From positions 32,001 to 96,000 of the forward strand of contig JAWLHJ010000005.1 in the NCBI GenBank assembly GCA_041690395.1: 64,000 nt of DNA. Reading direction: 5' to 3'. The notes below the pieces were generated by a model. That model had not been told where the DNA came from. It did no database searches and was given only the letters and a program-made list of their open reading frames with translations. The DNA comes from Longimicrobiales bacterium (lineage in GTDB: Bacteria; Gemmatimonadota; Gemmatimonadetes; Longimicrobiales; Gaopeijiaceae). A program made the position numbers and the translations under genes. This document shows, piece by piece, positions 19,786 through 29,849 of this stretch. Numbering within the stretch: position 1 is the first letter of the stretch; the number at the start of each line of letters is the position of its first letter.

Positions 19786-22455
19786 CTACCCACGCGACCC
19801 TCGTTCCGCCTCGGCCACGGCCACCCGGACTCGCATGAGTGCGTCCGGCGTGACCGAGATGGACGTCATGCCGCAGTCCACGAGGAAGGGCGGAATCTCG
19901 TCGGGGTGGTCGGACGGCGCCTGTCCGCAGATGCCGATCTCGAGTCCCCGCTCCGTGAAGCTCCTGGCGGCCTGACGCACGAACACCTTCACGGCCGGTG
20001 AGCGAGCGTCGACGAGGGGCACGTACCCCTCCAGGTCGTCCCGGGACAACGCGTAGACCGTCTGCACGAGGTCGTTCGAGCCGATCGAGCCGCCGGTGAG
20101 CTCCATCGCGTCGATGAAGCGTTCCGCTTCGATGACGTTGGACGGGAGCTCCACCATGAGATGCAGCGGCACCCCCGCGTCCGGCGAGAGCCCGTGGCGG
20201 TCGAGCTTCTCGACGACGCGGGCGCCTTCCTCCGGTGTCCGGCAGAAGGGCACCATGAGGTTCAGATTGTCCAGTCCGAGGCGCTGGCGGACCATCCGCA
20301 GCGCGTCGAGCTCCATGTCGAAGGCCGCGGCGAAGGTCTTGTCCACGTATCTGGCGGCGCCGCGCCAGGCGATCATCGGATTCTCCTCGTGGGGCTCGAA
20401 GAGGCGCCCCCCGAGTAGATCGCGGTACTCGTTGGACTTCAGGTCCGAGAGTCGGACGAGAACGGGGCGGGGGTAGAACGCAGCGCAGATGAGCGCGACG
20501 CCGTATCCGACCTGGTCGACGAAGAACTGCCGCCGATCTCCATATCCCGGTGTACGTCGCTCGATCGCGCCCAGCAGGGTGGCGAGCTCGTGGGGGTCTT
20601 CGGCCTCGAGACGCTCCCGGTAGGGCTCGAGCTCGTCGACGAGCTGGCCCGTCGAGGAAAAGTCCCGCAGCTCCTCGTAGTAGGCGAGGGCGAGGGGGTG
20701 GATACCGACCTGAGCGGTCAGAATGAACTCGAGGCGGGCGAGCCCCACGCCGTCCGCCGGCAGCATGGCGTCGGAGAGCGCCTTCCCCGGAAAGCCGACG
20801 TTCAGCTTGATCAACGTGCGAAGCTCCGGAAGGTCGTCCATCGTGACCTCCTCGATCTCGAAGTCGTGCAGTCCCGCCAGCACCAGCCCCTCATCTCCTT
20901 CGGCGCAGGTCCCGGTGACCTCCATCAACGGCGTGAGCAGCTTGGTCGCATCCTTGCATCCGACGATGGCGGGAATCCCGAACTCGCGAGCGACGATTGC
21001 CGCGTGGGACGTGCGCCCTCCCTTCTCGGTGATGATCAGGGAGGCGTCCTTCATGAGGGGCTCCCAGTCGGGCGTCGTCATCTCGGTGACGAGCACGTCG
21101 CCCGGGTCGAAGACGTGATCGTCCCGGTCGATGTCCTCGAGCTGCTCACCCGCGATGAGACGGTTGCGGAGCTCGCGCTTCCGGACGATGACCTCCTCGT
21201 AGTCCTCGTAGAGACGGACCTTCCCCTTCCCGATACGTGTCCCGACCGCGTGGCCGCGGGCGACCACCTTTCCGTCTGCCTCGAGCTGCTTCAGCACGGA
21301 CGGATCCATGCGGTAGGTGCGCATGACCGATGCCCCGGTCCCCCCGGCGTGCACCGTCTCGGGCCGGGCCTGCACGATGAAGAGCTGCCCCGAGTACCCG
21401 TCCTTGGCCCACTCGATGTCCATGGGCCGGCCGTAATGGTCCTCGATCGTGATCGCCATGCGCGCGAGCTCGACCGCTTCCTCACGCGTGACGGACCATT
21501 GCCGCTGCCTCGCCGCGTGCACGTCCACGCTCTCCGTGGTCGTGCCTCCCTGCGACGAGTAGACCAGCTGCTTGTCCTTCGCCCCGAGCTGTCGGTGGAC
21601 GACCGAGCTGAGGCCTCTCCGAATCCCTTCCTTCCAGAGCACGACCGTGTCGGGTGACACGGTGCCCTGCACGACGAGCTCCCCGAGGCCGTAGGAGGAG
21701 GTGACGTGCACCACGTTGGGATTTCCGGAGTCGGGGTCGAGCGTGAACATGACCCCTGACGTGGCGATGTCGGAGCGGACCATCTTCATGACCACCACCG
21801 CGACGCCGCCCTCGAGCGGGTCCATGTCGCGGCGGATCTGGTAGCCGATGGCGCGCTCCGTATACGCCGACGCACAGCATTTCCGCCAGGCCTCGCAGAC
21901 GTCCTCGATGCCGCGGACGTTCAGATAGGAGTCGTACTGTCCCGCGAAGGAGGCCATGCTCGAGTCCTCGCGGGTGGCGGACGACCGGACGGCCAGATCG
22001 ACTTCGTGTCCGTATTCGCGTTGGAGCTTCTCGTGGGCCTCCGCGAGCCCGTCGGCGATCCGCTTCGGAATCGGTGTGGCCAGGACGAGCGCCCTGGCGA
22101 GCGAGGCGCGCCCGTGCATGTCCACCTGGTCGGTGACGTCGGCCCGTTCGAAGATCCGCGTGAGCGCGCTCCTCAACGTGTCCTGCCCCACGGCGGAGGG
22201 TTCCCAGCGGAGCGCATCCTGGGGGATATCCTTCCAGGTGCCCTCCGGGACGGCGGCGTCGAGGAAGGTCCCGTGGGCCGCGACCGTCGTCGCGAACCCG
22301 TTGGGGATGCGCACACCCTTCCCGGTCAGGTCCTGGTACATCTCCCCGAGCGATGCGGCCTTGCCCCCGACCGTTCCCACGTCTTCGGAGCGGACCTCCT
22401 CGAACCAGAGGATCAGGGGGCGAGTCGCGATGTCCGGGGTAGCGTCCTGGGTCAT
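19786..22455 (-). CDS. ppsA: Phosphoenolpyruvate synthase (pyruvate, water dikinase)
   Basis: VGGKAASLGEM, AVRSSA, DIEWAKDG, QARPET, GGRTSHAAI (phospho-His), SIGSNDL and ICGQAP. AGGAGG RBS. Confidence 0.95.
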   Translation of the reverse strand: MTQDATPDIATRPLILWFEEVRSEDVGTVGGKAASLGEMYQDLTGKGVRIPNGFATTVAAHGTFLDAAVPEGTWKDIPQDALRWEPSAVGQDTLRSALTRIFERADVTDQVDMHGRASLARALVLATPIPKRIADGLAEAHEKLQREYGHEVDLAVRSSATREDSSMASFAGQYDSYLNVRGIEDVCEAWRKCCASAYTERAIGYQIRRDMDPLEGGVAVVVMKMVRSDIATSGVMFTLDPDSGNPNVVHVTSSYGLGELVVQGTVSPDTVVLWKEGIRRGLSSVVHRQLGAKDKQLVYSSQGGTTTESVDVHAARQRQWSVTREEAVELARMAITIEDHYGRPMDIEWAKDGYSGQLFIVQARPETVHAGGTGASVMRTYRMDPSVLKQLEADGKVVARGHAVGTRIGKGKVRLYEDYEEVIVRKRELRNRLIAGEQLEDIDRDDHVFDPGDVLVTEMTTPDWEPLMKDASLIITEKGGRTSHAAIVAREFGIPAIVGCKDATKLLTPLMEVTGTCAEGDEGLVLAGLHDFEIEEVTMDDLPELRTLIKLNVGFPGKALSDAMLPADGVGLARLEFILTAQVGIHPLALAYYEELRDFSSTGQLVDELEPYRERLEAEDPHELATLLGAIERRTPGYGDRRQFFVDQVGYGVALICAAFYPRPVLVRLSDLKSNEYRDLLGGRLFEPHEENPMIAWRGAARYVDKTFAAAFDMELDALRMVRQRLGLDNLNLMVPFCRTPEEGARVVEKLDRHGLSPDAGVPLHLMVELPSNVIEAERFIDAMELTGGSIGSNDLVQTVYALSRDDLEGYVPLVDARSPAVKVFVRQAARSFTERGLEIGICGQAPSDHPDEIPPFLVDCGMTSISVTPDALMRVRVAVAEAERGSRG

Positions 22456-22564
22456 GCCTGGCCTCCTGCGCGTGGGTTGCGATGGCCAGAGTGGGCGGTT
22501 GGGGGCCAAAACGCCAGGACCGCTCGCCGGGACGGGGCCCGGCGGAGGACTATGGCGCCGGGAG

Positions 22565-22894
22565 CTATCGCCCCTGGTTCGCGGCGAGCGGGGCCGCCCA
22601 ACGGTATGTCTCGAGATCGATCCGTCCGTCGTCGAACACGACCCCCTCCGCTTCCAGAGCCGCGCGCTGGATCCGCTCCGAGACGGGAGATCCCGGGCGC
22701 CTCGAGATCCGGCCCTGCGCGTTCACGACCCGGTGCCAGGGCATGTCCGAGTCGTCGGGGAGTGCCGCGAGCGCGTATCCGACCTGGCGCGCCCGTCCGG
22801 GCAGGCCCGCCAGCGCGGCCACCTGGCCGTACGTGGCCACGCGGCCCGGCGGCACGCGTCGGACGACCTCGTAGAACGTCTCGTATCGTCTCAC
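22565..22894 (-). CDS. Alkyltransferase-like protein (ATL/YbaZ, MGMT family)
   Basis: VPPGRVATYGQVA, ARQVG and PWHRV (Trp replaces the catalytic Cys). The GTG start overlaps the upstream TGA. Confidence 0.9.
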   Translation of the reverse strand: MRRYETFYEVVRRVPPGRVATYGQVAALAGLPGRARQVGYALAALPDDSDMPWHRVVNAQGRISRRPGSPVSERIQRAALEAEGVVFDDGRIDLETYRWAAPLAANQGR

Positions 22895-23133
22895 GGGGTG
22901 TCGGGATGGTCGGACGTGTCCGCCTGCTCGCCAGGCTCGAGCAGCGCACGATAGAAGTCCCGCTCCTCCTCGAGCAGGAGCAACCGGCGATTGAGGTCCT
23001 CGACGGTGCGCTCGAGGGCCCCGTCGTCGGGCCGCTCCGGAGGGAGTTGGACGGGACGACCGGCCCGCGCCTTCACCACCTCTCCGATCGTGGTGATCAA
23101 CACCAGAATGACGACGAACTCGAAGATGCCCAC
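22891..23133 (-). CDS. Small hypothetical membrane protein (N-terminal TM helix plus coiled coil)
   Basis: Hydrophobic N-terminus, then LNRRLLLLEEERDFYRALL. Fits operon spacing. Confidence 0.7.
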   Translation of the reverse strand: MGIFEFVVILVLITTIGEVVKARAGRPVQLPPERPDDGALERTVEDLNRRLLLLEEERDFYRALLEPGEQADTSDHPDTP

Positions 23134-23139
23134 GTCGCG

Positions 23140-23781
23140 CTACCTCCCCTGTCGCTCCTCGATGGACGGACCATCCGCCCGTGCTCTCGATCCGCTCCGG
23201 GCGAGCCGGAGCTCCAGGTGCCTTCGTACGTCCCGCCACTCGGACTCCAGGATACTGAACATGACCGTGTCGCGGACCGTGCCGTCGCGGCGGGGCTGAT
23301 GGTGTCGCAGCACTCCGTCCTCACGCGCGCCGAGCGCCGCGATCGCTCGTCGCGACGCGAAGTTGAACGCGTCCGTGCGGAATCCCACGCAACCGCATTC
23401 GAGTCCGTCGAATGCGTGCTCCAGCAGGAGCAGTTTGCACGCGGTATTCACGTGGCTGCGTTGCCAGCGGGCCGCGTACCATGTGTAGCCGACCTCCACG
23501 CGGCTCGCAGCGGGTACGATATCGTGGTACCGGGTGCTCCCGACGATGACTTCGGTCTCGAGCTCCCTCACGGCCCAGGGAAGCATGTGGCCCGCCTCGA
23601 ATCCTTTCCGGGCGGTGGCGATCCAGGCGGGCACCTCCTCCGGGCGCGGCACCGACGTGAACCAGAGCTCCCAGAGTGCTCCGTCGCCGGCGGCTTCCGC
23701 GAGGGCGTCGGCGTGAGAGGGCGCCAGCGGCTCGAGCCGCACCCCGTGGCCTTCCAGCGTAACCGGCTCGGGCGAAATCAC
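23140..23781 (-). CDS. GNAT family N-acetyltransferase (RimJ/RimL-like)
   Basis: VRLEPL, GSTRY, VEVGYTW, NTACKLLLLEHAF, DGVLR and RDTVMFSIL. Confidence 0.9.
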   Translation of the reverse strand: MISPEPVTLEGHGVRLEPLAPSHADALAEAAGDGALWELWFTSVPRPEEVPAWIATARKGFEAGHMLPWAVRELETEVIVGSTRYHDIVPAASRVEVGYTWYAARWQRSHVNTACKLLLLEHAFDGLECGCVGFRTDAFNFASRRAIAALGAREDGVLRHHQPRRDGTVRDTVMFSILESEWRDVRRHLELRLARSGSRARADGPSIEERQGR

Positions 23782-25856
23782 GCTCCACCCCCGGTCGCCG
23801 GAGGTCGTGAGGCGAGCGCTCCGCCGATCGCGTCGAGGAGCTCGTCGGCGGTGTACGGCTTGGCGAGACGGCCGCTCACTCCGAGGTCGGTCGTGCCCTC
23901 CGGCGTACCGCCTCCCATGCCGCTGACGGCCACGACGGGGATGTCCGGGGCGACGTTGCGGAGCTCGCGGACGAGCTGGGCGCCGTCCATTCTGGGCATC
24001 GTCATGTCGGTGACCACGACGTCGATGCTGTTGTCCCGGTCGCGGAGAAGTCGGAGCGCGTCCCCGCCGTCCGCGGCGGTGAGAACGTCGTAGCCGAACG
24101 CCTCGAGGGTTTGCTTCGTGATCGAACGGACTGCAGCCTCGTCGTCCACGACCAGGACGACGGCTCCGTCTCCCTGCCAGCGCTCGCCCGTTCCTCCTCG
24201 ACCGTCGGCGGAGCTCTGGTCGGAGCGGGCCGGGAAGTGGAAGCGGAAGGTCGTCCCGCGACCGACTTCCGAGTACACGGTCACGAACCCCCCATGGCCG
24301 CGCACGATGGTCGCCACCGTGGAGAGCCCGATTCCGGTCCCCGCGCCCTCGGCCTTGGTCGTATAGAGGGGGTCGAAGATGTGGGGGAGGACGTCGGCGG
24401 GCATCCCGGTTCCCGTGTCGGTGACGGAGATGCGCACGTACGGGCCCGGCTCCGCGGTTCCGCTCATGGCGGTGTAGTGTCCGTCGATGCGGATGTTCTC
24501 GACGCTGACGGTGAGGCTCCCGCCGCTCGGCATCGCATCCCTCGCGTTCACGAAGCTGTTCATGAGCACCTGGTGGACCTGCGTGCCGTCACCTTCGACC
24601 GACCATAGGTCGTCCGCCATCTCGGCCGCGAAGCGGATCGTGTCGGGGAAGGTGTCCCTGACCACGCGGCCGGCGTCGCGCACGACCGCGGAGATCTCCA
24701 CCTCGCGACTCCGGGTGTCGACGCCGCGGGCGAACGAGAGCACCTGACGAACCATGTCGGAGCCCCGCTGGGCGCACGCCTCGACGGTCGACAGAGTCTC
24801 CAGGGCCTCTTCGCTCGTGACGTCGTCACGGAGGAGCTCGAGCGAGAGGAGGATCGGGGAGAGCACGTTGTTCAGGTCGTGGGCCATGCCCCCGGTGAGC
24901 GTGGCGATGCTCTCCACGCGCTGGGAGCGGAGGATGCGCTGCTCCAACTGCTTGCGGTCCGAGATGTCCTGGATCGCACCCTGTACGCCGACGATCGCGC
25001 CGGTCCCGTCGCGCATGGGCTCGCCGATGGCGCGGACCCATGCCCGACGTCCTTTCGCGGTGACGATCGCCGCCTCGAGGTCGAACGGCTCGCCATGTGC
25101 CATACACGCTTCGTATGCCCTCTCGAAGGCCTCCCGATGTTGCGGCAGGCAATAACCGGCGGCTTCCTCCAAGGTAGGCTCGTGTCCGGCCGGCACCTCG
25201 TGGATGGCGCAGGTCTCGTCCGACCAGGTGACGACCCGCTCCGGGAGGCGGATCGACCACCCGCCCAGGTGCGCCACCTGCCCCGCGATCCGAAGCAGCG
25301 CGGCCCGGTGCTCCAGCTCCTCCTGAGCACGCGCCCTCTCTCCGAGTTCCTCCTGCAGGGCCCGGTTCGCCTCCTCCAGCTGGAACATCTTCTGTTCGAG
25401 CTTCCTCACGAGGACGCGGTTGTACGCTTCGAGCCGCGATTCCTCGTCACCCGTGGGCTCACGCGGAGGGGTCGGCGATCCCGCCGCGGACGTTTCGTGC
25501 ACCTCGCGGATCCGGGCGAGGAGCGCCTCCGGCTCCGCGGGCTTCACGATGAACGCGTCCGCGCCGAGCTCGAGCGCCAACTCCTCGTCCTGTACCTCCG
25601 TGTAGGTGGCCGTGTAGACCACGAACGGAATCGGGCTCAGCGCCTCGTCGGACTTCCAATGGCGCAACAGCGTGTATCCGTCCATGACCGGCATGAGGAG
25701 GTCGGAAACGACGATGTCCGGTGGCGAGACCCGGGCGGCCTCGAGCGCCTGCTCGCCGTTGCGGGCCCGATCGACCGTGAAGCCGTGTCCCTGGAGCAGC
25801 GCCTCGAGGTAGTAGAGGTTCTCCTCCCGGTCGTCCACCACGAGCACGCGGTTCAC
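23778..25856 (-). CDS. Hybrid sensor histidine kinase (REC-PAS-HisKA-HATPase-REC)
   Basis: VLVVDD...SDLLMP, PAS/PAC, GGMAHDLNN, NARDAM, DTGTG, GTGIGL and a C-terminal REC. Confidence 0.92.
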   Translation of the reverse strand: MNRVLVVDDREENLYYLEALLQGHGFTVDRARNGEQALEAARVSPPDIVVSDLLMPVMDGYTLLRHWKSDEALSPIPFVVYTATYTEVQDEELALELGADAFIVKPAEPEALLARIREVHETSAAGSPTPPREPTGDEESRLEAYNRVLVRKLEQKMFQLEEANRALQEELGERARAQEELEHRAALLRIAGQVAHLGGWSIRLPERVVTWSDETCAIHEVPAGHEPTLEEAAGYCLPQHREAFERAYEACMAHGEPFDLEAAIVTAKGRRAWVRAIGEPMRDGTGAIVGVQGAIQDISDRKQLEQRILRSQRVESIATLTGGMAHDLNNVLSPILLSLELLRDDVTSEEALETLSTVEACAQRGSDMVRQVLSFARGVDTRSREVEISAVVRDAGRVVRDTFPDTIRFAAEMADDLWSVEGDGTQVHQVLMNSFVNARDAMPSGGSLTVSVENIRIDGHYTAMSGTAEPGPYVRISVTDTGTGMPADVLPHIFDPLYTTKAEGAGTGIGLSTVATIVRGHGGFVTVYSEVGRGTTFRFHFPARSDQSSADGRGGTGERWQGDGAVVLVVDDEAAVRSITKQTLEAFGYDVLTAADGGDALRLLRDRDNSIDVVVTDMTMPRMDGAQLVRELRNVAPDIPVVAVSGMGGGTPEGTTDLGVSGRLAKPYTADELLDAIGGALASRPPATGGGA

Positions 25857-26245
25857 GATGGCGCCCTCTCCTGGCCGGATTCGGGCAGGAAGGCGCAAAC
25901 GTCGTCGACGAACGTGTCGGGGTCGATGGGCTTCTCGATGTATCCGGAGCAGCCCGCGTCGAGGGCCGACTCCCGATCGCCCGCCATGGCGTACGAGGTG
26001 ACGGCGACGATCGGGACGTTCGCGACGTCCGGGAGCTTTCGGAGCTCTCGGGCCACCTCGTAGCCGTTCATGACGGGGAGCTGGATGTCGAGCAGAATGA
26101 GGTCCGGACGGAGCGAGCGAGCGGTGTCGATCCCACGCGGGCCGTCCGGTTCGGACACCACCCGCAGGCCGTGGCGCTCCAGAAGGAACGTGACCAGATA
26201 GCGGTTCTGCTCGTTGTCTTCGATGACGAGAACGGTCCGGTCCAT
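25853..26245 (-). CDS. Single-domain response regulator (DivK/CheY-like)
   Basis: VLVIEDN, LLDIQLP, VTSYAM and YIEKPI. Alternative start at 26260. Confidence 0.92.
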   Translation of the reverse strand: MDRTVLVIEDNEQNRYLVTFLLERHGLRVVSEPDGPRGIDTARSLRPDLILLDIQLPVMNGYEVARELRKLPDVANVPIVAVTSYAMAGDRESALDAGCSGYIEKPIDPDTFVDDVCAFLPESGQERAPS

Positions 26246-26249
26246 GACG

Positions 26250-28292
26250 TCACGCGCCATTGTCGAGGGGGAGAGTCACGGAGAATTCGCTGCCTTCGCG
26301 CCAGGCGCTCTCGACGGAGATATCTCCACCCATCAGCGTCGCCAATCTACGGCAGATGGCCAACCCCAGCCCCGTCCCCTCGTGCTGGCGGGTCAGCTCG
26401 GAGTCGACCTGGCGGAACGGTTGGAACAGAACTTCGAGGTCCTCGGGCTTGATGCCGATCCCCGTATCGGCGACGCGTAACGTCACGGAGCCATCGTCCC
26501 GCTCCGCTGTGAGTCTGATGCTTCCTTCGTCGGTGAACTTGATGCCGTTGTTCAGGAGATTCAGCAGGATCTGGTGCGTCCTGCGTGGGTCGCCGTGCCC
26601 GGTGCCGACGTCGGGCGCGATGCTCACGTCGAGTCGAAGGCCCTTGGCGTCGGCGAGGGGCCGGATGGTCTCGGCCGCCTGCTCGACCACTTCGGCGACG
26701 TCGAACGCCTCCCGGCGGATCTCGAGCTGGCCGGCTTCGATCTTGGACAGGTCCAGCACGTCCTTGATGAGCTCCAGGAGGTGCCGCGCGCTTCCCTGGA
26801 CCATCACGAGCTGCTTGCGCTGCTCGTCGGTCAGGGGGCCCGCGAGCTCCTGGAGCACGATGCCGGTGAAGCCGATGATCGAGTTGAGCGGCGTCCTGAG
26901 CTCGTGCGACATCGTAGCGAGGAACGCCGACTTCAAGCGATCTGCGGACTCGGCTCGGACCAGGGCCGTCCTGAGCTCCTCGGTCCGGTCCGCGACCTTC
27001 TGCTCCAGCGTGCGATTGAGCTCGCGGAGAGCCCGCTCGGCGACCCGGCGCTTCTCTTCGGCCCGTTTCTTCTCGGACACATCGATGCCGATGCCCACCA
27101 GGCACTCGCGGCCCTCGAACTGGATCGCTCGGCCCGTGAAGAAGTACGGCGTCTTCGTCCCGTCCCTCGACAGGAAGGGGGCTTCCACGAAAGCCGTGCC
27201 CGTCCGGAAGACCTCCCCGATGCGCTCGACCAGCAGCGGCTGGTCCTCCGGCGCGAAGAAATCGATGGGGTGCATCGCGGCGACCTCGGCCCCGGAGTAT
27301 CCGGAGACCTCCTCGAAGCGGCGGTTCCAGCGCAGGAACTTTCCCTCGGCCGTGTAGAGGTAGAGGATCCCCGGCATGCTCTCGGTCATCGCATCGGAGA
27401 ACTCGCGCTCCCGTCTCGCCGCTTCCTCTGCCTCCTTCCGAGAGGCCTCTCTCGTCAAGGCGTCGAGCGCGAATGAGATGTCCCGAGAGACCTCCACCAG
27501 GAGCTCCACCTCGCGGGCCCGGAAGAAGTCGGGCTCCTCCGAGTACACGCTCAGCACGCCGCGCACGGTGCCGTCCACCCGGATCGGGAACGACCCGCAG
27601 CCGCGGTAGCCCCGCTTCTCCGCCTCCGAGCGCCACAGTCGGGTGACCGGATCGGCCGAGATGTCGTTGCAGACGTAGGGCTCCTCGGACTTGAACGCGA
27701 GGCCCGACGGGCCCAGCCCTTCCGGGCGGCCGTCTGCGTAGATCTCGACCGCGTCGAAGTATCCTTCGTCGTACCCTGCGACCGCCGCCGGGTCGATTCG
27801 CTCGGTGGCCGGATCTCTCCACCCGATCCATGCGGTCCGGAAGCCACCATGGTCCACGAGGGCATCGCATACGCGCTGGAGGAGCGCCGAGTCTTCGTTC
27901 GTGCGAACGATGGCCTGGTTGACCGCTCCGAGCGCCGCGTAGAGCCGTCCGACGCGCTCGGCCTCGAGCTGCGCGGCCTTCCCCTCGCGCTCGCGCTCCT
28001 TGATGGCGACGTAGCCCCGCTCGATGGAGGCGAACGCCCGCTTCACGACGATCAGGAGAAGGAGTGACGTGACGGCGACGAACGCGAGGCCCTTGTATAC
28101 GCTAAGGCGCACGAGGGTCGCGGGGTCGGGCACGATCGCGGCGAGTAGCGCGTCCGAGAAGTAGATCCAGAGGGCGGCGAAGGACGCGTAGGCCAGCGTG
28201 ATCGCCCGCGCCCGCTTGCGTAGCCGGCTCCTCATTGAGGCGCCGGGATCCGGCCGCGGGCCGGCGGGGTCTGGCATGGCCTGGGACTCCAT
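26250..28292 (-). CDS. Membrane-anchored GAF-PAS sensor histidine kinase
   Basis: Two N-terminal TM helices (LWIYFSD, YKGLAFV), GAF, PAS, FLATMSHELRTPLN and GTGLGL. Start uncertain. Confidence 0.9.
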   Translation of the reverse strand: MESQAMPDPAGPRPDPGASMRSRLRKRARAITLAYASFAALWIYFSDALLAAIVPDPATLVRLSVYKGLAFVAVTSLLLLIVVKRAFASIERGYVAIKEREREGKAAQLEAERVGRLYAALGAVNQAIVRTNEDSALLQRVCDALVDHGGFRTAWIGWRDPATERIDPAAVAGYDEGYFDAVEIYADGRPEGLGPSGLAFKSEEPYVCNDISADPVTRLWRSEAEKRGYRGCGSFPIRVDGTVRGVLSVYSEEPDFFRAREVELLVEVSRDISFALDALTREASRKEAEEAARREREFSDAMTESMPGILYLYTAEGKFLRWNRRFEEVSGYSGAEVAAMHPIDFFAPEDQPLLVERIGEVFRTGTAFVEAPFLSRDGTKTPYFFTGRAIQFEGRECLVGIGIDVSEKKRAEEKRRVAERALRELNRTLEQKVADRTEELRTALVRAESADRLKSAFLATMSHELRTPLNSIIGFTGIVLQELAGPLTDEQRKQLVMVQGSARHLLELIKDVLDLSKIEAGQLEIRREAFDVAEVVEQAAETIRPLADAKGLRLDVSIAPDVGTGHGDPRRTHQILLNLLNNGIKFTDEGSIRLTAERDDGSVTLRVADTGIGIKPEDLEVLFQPFRQVDSELTRQHEGTGLGLAICRRLATLMGGDISVESAWREGSEFSVTLPLDNGA

Positions 28293-28379
28293 CGGTCGCT
28301 TCCTGGAGGGGGGCTGCTCGGGTCGTCCAACATCCGCCCTCACGAGCAGGCCGCGCAAGGACGGCGCCGACGGGTGCGG

Positions 28380-29849
28380 CTAAGGGGCGGTCCGCACGCC
28401 GTCCGTTGCGTCCCGCGGGTCGGACGGGAGGGTCACCTGGAACGACGCGCCCCCTCCGGCCGGCTCCTCGAGCAGGGTGATCCGGCCGCCGTGCAACAGC
28501 ACCGTCTCGCGAGCAATGGCGAGCCCGAGTCCGGTGCCGGGTGCTTCGGTCGAGCCCCGGTAGTACTTGCGGAAGACGAGATCGCGTTCTTCATCGGGGA
28601 TCCCCGGGCCGGAGTCCGTGACCGTGAAGGAGGCCCCGTGCTCGGTAGGTCCGACGCTCAGCACCACGGACCCTCCCTCCGGTGTGTGGCGGAGCGCGTT
28701 CGAGACCAGGTTTCCGAGGACCTCGTCCCGGATGAGGTCGAGATCCATGACGAGGGTCTCCGGCGTGTCCGGCTCGACGGTGGCGTCGAGCGTCACCGAT
28801 CGTTGGCGGGCCAGGATCTCGAAGGCACGCAGGACGCCTGTGACGAGATCCTGTACGAACACGGTGTCGAGCTGAACCCGGTAGGCGCCGGCTTCGAGGC
28901 GACTCAGGTCCATGAGCCGATCGACGAGGCGCGCCATGACGCGGGCCTGCTCGGCTATGCCGTCCACCATGCGGCCGTACTCCTCGGGCGCGGCCTCTCC
29001 GAACTCTTCCTGGATCAGCTCGGCGTATCCGTGGATCGCGTTGATGGGGGTCTTGAGCTCATGGCTCGCGACGCCGATGAACTCGGCCTTGAGTCGGTCG
29101 AGGTCCGCCAAACGCTCGGACATGACGAGGAACGATCGCGTGAGGTCCCCGATCTCGTCCCTTCGGTCCGCCGGGAGATGCCCGGAAGGCTCGAAGTCAC
29201 CGTCCGCGACCCGTGCCATCGCCCGTCCCAGATGCCGGAGCGGGTTGGTCAGAGCGCCGGACGCCCAGGTCGCGACGCCGGTGGCGATGAGCAGCGCCAG
29301 CACCATGCCCAGGAGGGTCGCCTGCCGGGACGACGCGCTCAGCGTCTCCGCGCGCTGGAGGTCACGCCGGGCCACCGCGCCGATGGAGTCGGCCACGGCG
29401 CCCAGGGCGCGGTCCGTCCGGTCGAGCGTCCGGTCGAGCCCGAGGAACAGCTCGGTCGCGGTGTCGACGCGGCCGCTCGGCATGGCTTCGCTGATTGCGG
29501 CGGCCGTGGTCGTCAGCTCGGAAAGCAGAGGGGTCAGCGCCTCGGCGGATGCCGTGTACGGTGGTCCCGAGAGGCGACCGTGCTCCTGAACGATCGTGTC
29601 GAGCGCGCGCTCGGCCTCGCGGGCCAGGGCCTCGTCACCCGTCGCGACATAGCTGCGGGCGAAGCGGTCGAGGTCGGCCAGCGAAGTCCTCATGGCGCCC
29701 AGGCTCACGAGCGCCTCCGCATGGCGCGCGCGCCCCTCGACGGCGAGCTCCTCGAGCTCGGCGAGCCGGTTCGCGGCGAACAGCGCGGGAAGGAGGACGA
29801 TCGCGATGGCCGCCCCGCATCCGGCCAGAAGCCTGGAGCGGAGTGTCAT
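28380..29849 (-). CDS. HAMP-domain sensor histidine kinase with a periplasmic helical sensor
   Basis: TM-sensor-TM, HAMP (DEIGDL), ASHELKTPI, NLVSNA, DSGPGI and GTGLGL. Confidence 0.92.
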   Translation of the reverse strand: MTLRSRLLAGCGAAIAIVLLPALFAANRLAELEELAVEGRARHAEALVSLGAMRTSLADLDRFARSYVATGDEALAREAERALDTIVQEHGRLSGPPYTASAEALTPLLSELTTTAAAISEAMPSGRVDTATELFLGLDRTLDRTDRALGAVADSIGAVARRDLQRAETLSASSRQATLLGMVLALLIATGVATWASGALTNPLRHLGRAMARVADGDFEPSGHLPADRRDEIGDLTRSFLVMSERLADLDRLKAEFIGVASHELKTPINAIHGYAELIQEEFGEAAPEEYGRMVDGIAEQARVMARLVDRLMDLSRLEAGAYRVQLDTVFVQDLVTGVLRAFEILARQRSVTLDATVEPDTPETLVMDLDLIRDEVLGNLVSNALRHTPEGGSVVLSVGPTEHGASFTVTDSGPGIPDEERDLVFRKYYRGSTEAPGTGLGLAIARETVLLHGGRITLLEEPAGGGASFQVTLPSDPRDATDGVRTAP

